Source: Anthoceros angustus (Eukaryota > Plantae > Anthocerotophyta). From it: DNA of 43,946 nt. Below, in pieces: positions 36,748 to 43,946 of the stretch. A program made the position numbers and the translations under genes. The notes beneath the pieces are model-generated. The model saw only the letters and a list, made by a program, of their open reading frames with translations. It was not told the DNA's origin and made no database searches. The stretch spans positions 1 through 43,946 of the forward strand of contig VJWM01000352.1 of assembly GCA_010909165.1 (NCBI GenBank), given 5' to 3'. Numbering within the stretch: position 1 is the first letter of the stretch; each line of letters starts with the position of its first letter.

Positions 36748-37772
36748 TTTGTCGACATGGAAGCCCAGGAGTTTGAGGCAAGCCGATCCCGTCAAGCGGA
36801 GTGGTCGGCAGCGGCAGGAGAACACCACGCTCGCCTCGCACGGCAGCGGTGGAGCAACCGCCACCTCCCAAGGCAAGCTGGGCGCACCTCGATCCTACTC
36901 GTGCACATGTATGTCGGCCGTCTGAAAATTCGAGTTGCACCTAGGTGGTAGTTCTCACCGCATGACCATGGAGGAGGTCTCGCGGCGAGGTGGAGAATCT
37001 TGGAATCATGCCTCGGTGTGCTATGCCAAGCAAGTTTGGGCGGGATGGGACCCCAATTTGTGGATGACGAAGATGCGGGTAAGTGGAGCATCTTCTACTC
37101 CGCCATATGACCGGAGCAGGTATTCCACACCGAAGTTATGATGAGCTTCACATCTTCTCGTATGTTGAGGAGCATCATGTAGGGTGGAGCATTATCCCGA
37201 ACACCGGATTTGTTTGAGCTCCAGTCGGGGTCACAAGCGCTTGCCTGGACCGACAAGCTATCGGAGGGTGCATGGAGGAAGTTGCAGCATCACTTCCAAA
37301 TGCATCAATGGTTTGATGGGATGAGGTTGCCAGAGTTCGTTGTTGGGGACACATACCCTCGTCGCTTGATTTTTCTCAAAGAGTGGTTTCGAGTTTTCCA
37401 CCATCTGCGACGGGGCATCATGTGGTAGGGTGGCCTCGGCGGTTTACATTCGACCAACAAATTGAGGACCCCTCATGTTGATCAACGTGCTTGGACTCGA
37501 GAGGAGAAGAATGCTTTCAATCTCGGCTCGCCACCCACATCTACACTTCACATGGTTACCGTTTTCAATTACCCAACGAAGCTTACAATGGGACATGGAT
37601 GCTGGGCGGGATGGCATACATCTTTCAGCGATTCGATGCAGAAGCGCTTTGTGGAAGAACAGTTGATCTCTCGATTCAAGCGCCGGTGAGATTACGATTA
37701 AGCGAGGCACAAGAAGACCCATCGGATGATGAGGATCTAGAAGATGACGCCATTCCTCCTCCTCGGGCGTAA
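36748..37772 (+). pseudogene. Unknown extra ORF downstream of pol (frameshifted, about 340 codons)
   Basis: Consecutive plus-strand fragments 36583..36951, 36935..37141, 37210..37428 and 37491..37772 have protein-like composition and end in an acidic tail and stop just before repeat B1. Confidence 0.4.
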
Positions 37773-37898
37773 CCACCGTCGGTGTTGGACAAGCTACGTT
37801 CTCGCTGGTGGGGGGCGTTGGTAAGTAGTTGTTTGTTTTCTAGGCCAAGATGGTCTAAACAATTTGTGGGAAACCGGTGGCTAGGCCTCCAAGTTTCC

Positions 37899-38068
37899 AG
37901 GCTCGCTCAGGTCTCTCTTAAAAACCTCTCTGTAGCTCTTGCCCATAGGCCAAGGACAAATTAAGGCTAGGATTGTTGCTCTGGGCCAAAGGCCAAGGAG
38001 ATCGAGCGGTGTGCTTAGGACTTAGCTTTGTGGCGAGGCTAGGTAGGCATGCGGCACGCCTGTGACGG
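37899..38068 (+). repeat. Repeat B1
   Basis: CCATAGGCCAAGGACAA...GCTCTGGGCCAAAGGCCAAGGA...AGGACTTAGCTTTGTGGCGAGGCTAGGT is shared with 38659-38860. Confidence 0.85.
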
Positions 38069-38657
38069 TATCATATTCTTTGTATGGGAAAGCAGGCACC
38101 TAAGACTCTATGTTGGATCTTTGGAGCATCTCGGCATAAGCCCCGATGCTGAAGTGTGATGATGTCATGTACATGGCCCATGGATGGCCACATGACATGT
38201 ATGCCATGTATGCATGTGTGCCATGTATGCATATATATGGAGATGAAGGATGACATGTGATGTGGACATGTGGCGTGATGTGTCATGGCGCATGCAATCT
38301 ATATGCATGGTTATGCATGTAGCGGTGCTATGGCATATATAGATAGATTTATATTAGAAAATACATAAAAATCATAAATCAAGGAAAAGGCGAATAGGCT
38401 GTTAAACACATAAAATATTATTATTTGAAGGCCAAGGAAAGTAGGATTATAAAGTGCCCACCATCGATACGGGTGGACACTTCATCGAGAACTCCTGGGG
38501 TTTTGCCTATATATGTGGGCACCCAGCCATGGATTCTTGGATTGTTGATGTTTGTCTTGTTCTAATAGACAGCCATACTTCGTCCTATGTCTTTGTCTCC
38601 TAGAGGTTCTTGTGGTTCGTTGCATTCGAGTTGGGAGAATTTTCCATCTTGATTTCA
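38069..38657 (+). repeat. Repeat A2
   Basis: Copy of 28840-29449. Starts TATCA and ends TTTCA. Confidence 0.9.
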
Positions 38658-38658
38658 C

Positions 38659-38860
38659 TGTTCGGTCACAGGTGCCTCTCTTAGGCAAACCCAGTCTCTT
38701 TTAGCCTTGCCCTTGGCCATAGGCCAAGGACAATTAAACTAGGATTATTGCTCTGGGCCAAAGGCCAAGGACGCCACAGCACGGTGATGCTTAGAAAGGA
38801 CTTAGCTTTGTGGCGAGGCTAGGTGAGCATCTTTGACTATCGGGTACAACTGCCTTGACA
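38659..38860 (+). repeat. Repeat B2 (right terminus, ends TGACA)
   Basis: Copy of B1, followed directly by the TGGA target-site duplication and resumed family A sequence. Confidence 0.85.
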
Positions 38861-41627
38861 TGGACACATGCATCATCAGTACACATCTCCCGACCCTAGA
38901 CTCATGTCTAGCCCTAGATCGCGCTCTAGCAGCGATCTCCTTACGTCTGCGGTTTCTGGCCAATTTCTATCAACCGTGAATTGGACGCTCCTTCTTGCAA
39001 TTCCGCAAGCATATCTTGAGTGATTTCTCCACAATCCTCCTTCATACACATCACCATAGAGCCATCCTCGCTCCAGGCTCTAGCGCTCCTCAGCACACAC
39101 ATTTTTGTGTGCCACTTCTCCTTCCTCCAAATTGCGATTTCTTGTGATTTCTCCACAATCCTCCTTCATACACATCACCATAGAGCCATCCTTGCTCCAG
39201 GCTCTGACTCCTCGGCCACACCATTTTTGTGTGCCACTTCTCCTTCCTCCAAATTGCGATTTCTTAAATTTCTCCATCATCCTTGCCACCATCGTGGCCT
39301 CCTGCTCGCTTACCAGCAGACGTTGTTGCCACGGCATGCTCAACCTCATTCACAAAACCGTTTCCTCCTTGCCAATGCAAGTTTTTCTAGCTTGCGGTCG
39401 GTTCTCCCTCCCACCAAGTTCCGATTTCCTCCCTTCTTGTTGGCCTAGCCTCATGTCCAGGTCAGATTGCGCTCCCATGGCGACCTCCTCGCCTTGCTGC
39501 ACCTCCATGGTCGAATTTTGGTGATTGCCCAGATGCCAACTCTCCCTGCGGTTTTGCTCAAACTTTTCATGAAGCGCATCTCCTCCTTCGCCCTCTGGCG
39601 TGTCCACCTCCCTAGGGCCTTCTCCTCCTTGCGGCCTCATGGCGCACGGCCCGACCTCGCCAAGTGGGCGCCTTCCTGTGCGCGGTGCTCCGTGTCGGTT
39701 TTGCTTTTCTTTTGCCATCGTGATGGCCTCCACTTGCAGCCCTCATTGCTCACCCTTGAGATCATTTCAGCCTCCTCTCGCGCCCATGCTGGCGCCCTCT
39801 TATCCTCTCTCGGTTCCAGTTGTCCTGCTGCAACTCTTCTGCACAATTCTCCCTTCTTGCTCATTTGGCCTCTCTGCTGGCAACAAGTCTTGCTCAATTC
39901 TTAGGCTGTCTACAACATGCTCACGTCCTCCCCTTGACCCTGGGCTTTGGCAACCAACTCCTCGAAATCGGTCATCGTGGCCTCAAGCGTTTTCCGGTTT
40001 TCGTCGAAATAAGACCTTCATTCACATGTTGCTCCCCGCCTTCTTCAACTCTACCATCTCCTCTACACCTAGGTACTTAGAAATCCTTGCTACCTTACGG
40101 ACTCTAGCTCTCGTCTTCTATAGCATCATACATTCCCTCCGAACTTCTCGAACTTTTATCGGAAAAGGTCACTCCTTACAGCGGACGTGGTGGTACTCTC
40201 TTGAAGTAACCATAAATCCCTCTACATAATCATACAAAGACTCCCCTCTTCCTTGAGTTCTCAACCCGGACCAACATGTGATCTCGTTTCTTCTCCCCAA
40301 ATCTCACACATGCTGGCGGCTGTGGGGTGTGACTCCCACCACCTCTGCTTCCTCCTATCATGGTCAAGGGCGTCCACAAAACCGTGGGCACACCTCCCAG
40401 CAATTCCACCTGTCACGGCGTAAACAAATGCTGCACGGGATGTATACTGCAGACTTGGGCACACAAGCGCCTCGGTCCTCCTAACAAGCAAGGTTGAAAG
40501 GGCAGCAAGTTGGGCAATAATTCGATCAAGACCTTGCGAAATATCTAGTTAGATTTCATACCCCAACTTCTCCCCAAATCTCACCCTCTTGCCTTCCTCC
40601 TCTAGACGACAAAATCGAGCTAGAAGAGCTCGACAATCCCACCGAAAAGTCCTCCTCTTGCGAGAGCGGAAGATGTACCTTGAAATTACTACTGGCTCGG
40701 TTCTTGACCCTCACCCTTGATCAACTCCTCGGCAACAACCTCCTTCCTCTCCTTGAGCACAACCTCCTCCTCTTGCTCTTGCCTCTTCTTCCTCAACGGA
40801 ACCCTTGAAAATGTTAGCACATGTAGCTTCCTGCAAGAGTTCTCTCCTCGCTTCTTCCTTTGCATCAATGACAACTAAGCTTTCTTCATGCACATGATTT
40901 CTCCATTCAATTCACAAATCCTTGCGGACAAAAGCGGGGTGATCTCCTCTCAACTCCTACGAAAATTACTTCCTCCCTCCCAAACTAGACTTACTTGCAC
41001 GCTCACACCCCTCAACACACTATCCAAACAGCAAATCCCCTCCTACTCTGTTCCACTCATGTTGCTTGGTCCGGATGAGCTAGGCGAACTCACACTCCCT
41101 TCCTCTCCTGCGGGTAAATTCTCCAACCAAAGTTCTCTGCAAAGGGTGTCACACAAAAGATTGGGGGCGGTTGTGGGATGGTGTCTCCCTAGGTGTCGTC
41201 CCAAGACCGTGAGTGGCGGTGATTCTATCAAGCGTTGCAAGATCACTCAAACCAGCCTAATTTCTCCACGCTCACCCTTCCTTCTTCACTTTTCTGTTTA
41301 TTTGGAATTTAGATCCACCACTCACGAAGGTCCGGCTGAGAAGGCCCAGTGATGGTAGCTAAATTTGAATCGCGCTCCGAAATGGTGCCTCCTCCGCCTT
41401 TCCTCTTCATACACCAACTCCTCTTCAACCACCACCTTTATTTCATTTGTTAGTGATTTCCACATCCGCTTCTCCGGGAGTTTTCTTCCGGATATCTTGC
41501 CTCCCCTTGGGCAAGGGCAAAACAACCTCCCTCAAGGCGCCCTTGTCTCCTCCTCCTCAAGAAGGCCTGCAAGCAGCCGCTTTCCTCCCTCGATTGATTT
41601 CTTCTTGCGGCTCTGGGATCTGCGATG
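38861..41627 (-). mobile_element. Family A copy 3, 5' internal part (minus strand), lacking LTR and PBS
   Basis: Reverse complement of about 6325-9455. The gag core (EDDEAFVQTF...) is deleted near 40283. Confidence 0.85.
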
Positions 41628-41631
41628 TGGT

Positions 41632-43946
41632 GGAGTGTGGAATGCAAAAGTTTGGGCAACTAGCTTAAATGAGTTCGCTTTTGAAGCAATTTACTCTTTT
41701 GCTAGAATGGTTTGGTGAAGACATGCAAGGAAATTTTTGCTCCTTTTGAGCGGGAGTTGTAGGACCATGTCGGGAAGGCAGAAAGGATATGCAGGAAAAG
41801 AAACGGGTCAAAACGACCTCGGTGAGGAGAAAAGGTAACCTACATGAGTGGTAGGAGGTGTCCTACCACCGTGGAGAAACTCCTACCATGGTGACGAGGG
41901 TAGGAGAGATCCTACCACCGTGGGAGGAATGACCTGGTGTTTTGATCACCTACCGTGTAGGAATAGCTCCTACCATGGTAGGAGAGGGTAGGAAGGTATC
42001 CTACCGTGGGAGTAACTCCTACCGTGGTAGGAGAAAGGGGCCTACCATGGTGGAGGATGTCCTACGGTGAGATGGGTTCTAAGGAAAGTAGCTTATGTTT
42101 TAGGCGGATAGGCTTGCTATATATAGAGTCTTTTAGTGGACTAGATAAATAGGCCAAAATAGGTAATTAAGAAATTAGAGGCTAATTTTCAGTAATTAGA
42201 AATTAGAAAATAGGGAAATGGTATTTTAGTATAAGGAAATTAGGAAACTAACATCAATGGTGAGAAAGGGGCCACGTGGCACACATCCAAGGGCAGGATA
42301 GAATGGTAGTTACTTTTCTAACCCTTGGGTGACTTATAAAAGTGGTGCAGTGCTGCAGGCCACAACTCGAAACTTGAGGCGGCCTCAGCAGAAGGCGCCG
42401 CCACACCTCAAGCTCAAGGCCCCCACAGCAGCGCCCGTACACACGCCCATACACGCCCTGTTGAGGAGAAGGAGGCGCAAGGAGGCGGAGAAAAGGCAGC
42501 GGGGCGCCAAGAGAGGTGAGGAAGAAGAGAAGGGAAGAAGAAGGTTGGGCAACCCACACTTCCAAGCTCGTGAGGGTAGGAGGGTGGGGCGTGGCAGATT
42601 GCTGAAGGAAGCTCCCAAATGAGACACAAGTGTAAGGACTCGTGAGGAACTTTGGAGGTTTCTTTCAAATCATAGTGAGTTGGTGCTTGGGAAGGCTAGG
42701 GTGCAAGGCCAGGTGGCTTGTGGCAAGGTGAAGAAGAGCGTGAGCTCAGCAAGAGGTGGAAGTCGCAAGAGAAAGAGCAGGAGGAAATTGAGGAAGAAGA
42801 GAAGGGAGAAGAAGGTTGGGCGAACCCAACACTTGCCAAGCTCGTGAGGGTGCCTAGGAGGGTGGGGCGTGGCAAGATTGCTAGGAAACCGTGCAGGAAG
42901 GCTCCTAAATTCGTGGCGTGTAAGAGGGGGGAAGTGAGCTTTCTCTGCAATCGGGGTAGGGACGCCAAGGTGTAAGGCTGCAGGAGAGCAAGGGCAAGGA
43001 CCTAAGCTGTGAGCAAGAGCATCGAGGAGGAGGAGAAACTGCAAGGATAGGAATCAGCCAGGTGGAGAGGCATCACTCTTCAATTTCGTGCAAGTACTAA
43101 CCAAGGAGGCTTGACCAAGCCTACCATGACCAAGGGCAAGGAGGTAGTAGCCAAGGAAGGAGCGTCCACCAAGGAGGTGGCGAGGAGGCAAGAGGTCTAA
43201 GGCGGAGGATGACCGAGGTGGAAATTTGACATGCCTTATTTACGTGCTATGCAGGCCAGCTATCCTCTAGAGACCTTTGACTTTCGACCTTGGGCAGCAG
43301 AGGATGCACGCCAAGCCTAAGGTTTTGACTTGATTCACCGATTGTTGAAAGAGGATTGCTGGATGTTGAGTGGTCAGACCTACCGTAGACATGTATGTGT
43401 CTATGATGAATCGGAAGACGACGCCGCCTAGGTGTTTTACACGCACTAATCGATTGTTGAACGAGGACCGTGGATGAGGTAGTTGCCTGGACCGCTTGGC
43501 AAAGTTCATGGATAGAATTGGCATGTGAAGTTTTAGGGGTTGCTAAGCATGTAATGGTATCCAGATGCTCAATTCATAGTGAATTTATCGTGCATCTCCT
43601 TCGCTGGGACGAGATAGAGATTGTGCAGACGCCGTCAAGATCGACCGACTGACTCCCATCTCCGTGAGAAGTTCACCAAGATTCTACTCCCATTGCCATT
43701 ACCCATACCGCTTTTTATTTCCTTTCGAATTTATGGCTGATGCTAATTCTATATGCTGCAGGCAATTCTATGGCCGTGCAATTTTATGGCTGTGCTCGCA
43801 ATTCTGTTATGCTATGGCAACACATAGCGGGTGTAATGTTTGCACATGGTAGGGCGTGAAGAGATAGAAGCGCATGACACTTAGGCTATTGTTGAGAGGG
43901 CCTTGCTTGTCCCGCTCTTGTTGCCCGAATTTAGAAGCGATGAGTG
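41632..43946 (+). mobile_element. Family A copy 4: post-integrase 3' region (plus strand), running off the window
   Basis: 41632-42232 matches 10920-11525, including the palindrome cluster, then continues with new GA-rich sequence. Confidence 0.75.
43126..43946 (+). pseudogene. Possible extra 3' ORF of family A (frameshifted, incomplete)
   Basis: ACCATG start giving MTKGKEVVAKEGASTKEVARRQE, then WKFDMPYLRAMQASYPLETFDFRPWAAEDARQA.GFDLIHRLLKE. Confidence 0.4.

Larger units (their letters stand above)
28840..38860 (+). mobile_element. Full-length Ty3/gypsy-type retroelement with DNA methyltransferase, PHD finger and split direct repeats (A1...B1-A2-B2)
   Basis: TGTCA...TGACA termini. TGGA is duplicated at 28836-28839 and 38861-38864. 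The flanks rejoin to match the uninterrupted family A sequence at about 9446-9463. Gag, PR, RT, RH and IN motifs are in gypsy order. Confidence 0.92.

Noticed and set aside
28840-38860. DIRS/PAT/Ngaro tyrosine-recombinase retrotransposon suggested by the split repeats
   Set aside because: No R-HxxR-Y recombinase motifs were recognised. RT and RH are Ty3/gypsy type, and an rve integrase, TG...CA ends and a TSD are present.

Overview
This is a eukaryotic (plant-lineage) window made almost entirely of nested, frameshifted Ty3/gypsy retroelements. I found no intact host gene, RNA gene or CRISPR array. The sequence is indel-rich and contains many local tandem duplications, so it looks like an unpolished long-read assembly, and all protein calls were rebuilt by eye across frameshifts. 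Two systems are present. (1) A non-autonomous Athila-like family ('A') with a tRNA-Asp PBS, a gag remnant, no recognisable RT/RNase H and an integrase lacking its catalytic core. It occurs as four partial copies, with extra 3' ORFs and tandem LTR-like arrays. (2) A 10.0-kb element at 28840-38860 inserted into one family-A copy, with TGTCA...TGACA ends and a TGGA target-site duplication. Its pol region reads gag-CCHC-protease-[C5 cytosine DNA methyltransferase]-RT-RNase H-DDE integrase-PHD finger, followed by an unknown ORF. Its ends are split direct repeats (A1...B1-A2-B2) rather than two LTRs. In place of a tRNA PBS it has a 13-nt site complementary to its own predicted transcript 5' end, as in Tf1-like self-priming. 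This element is the most interesting system in the window.
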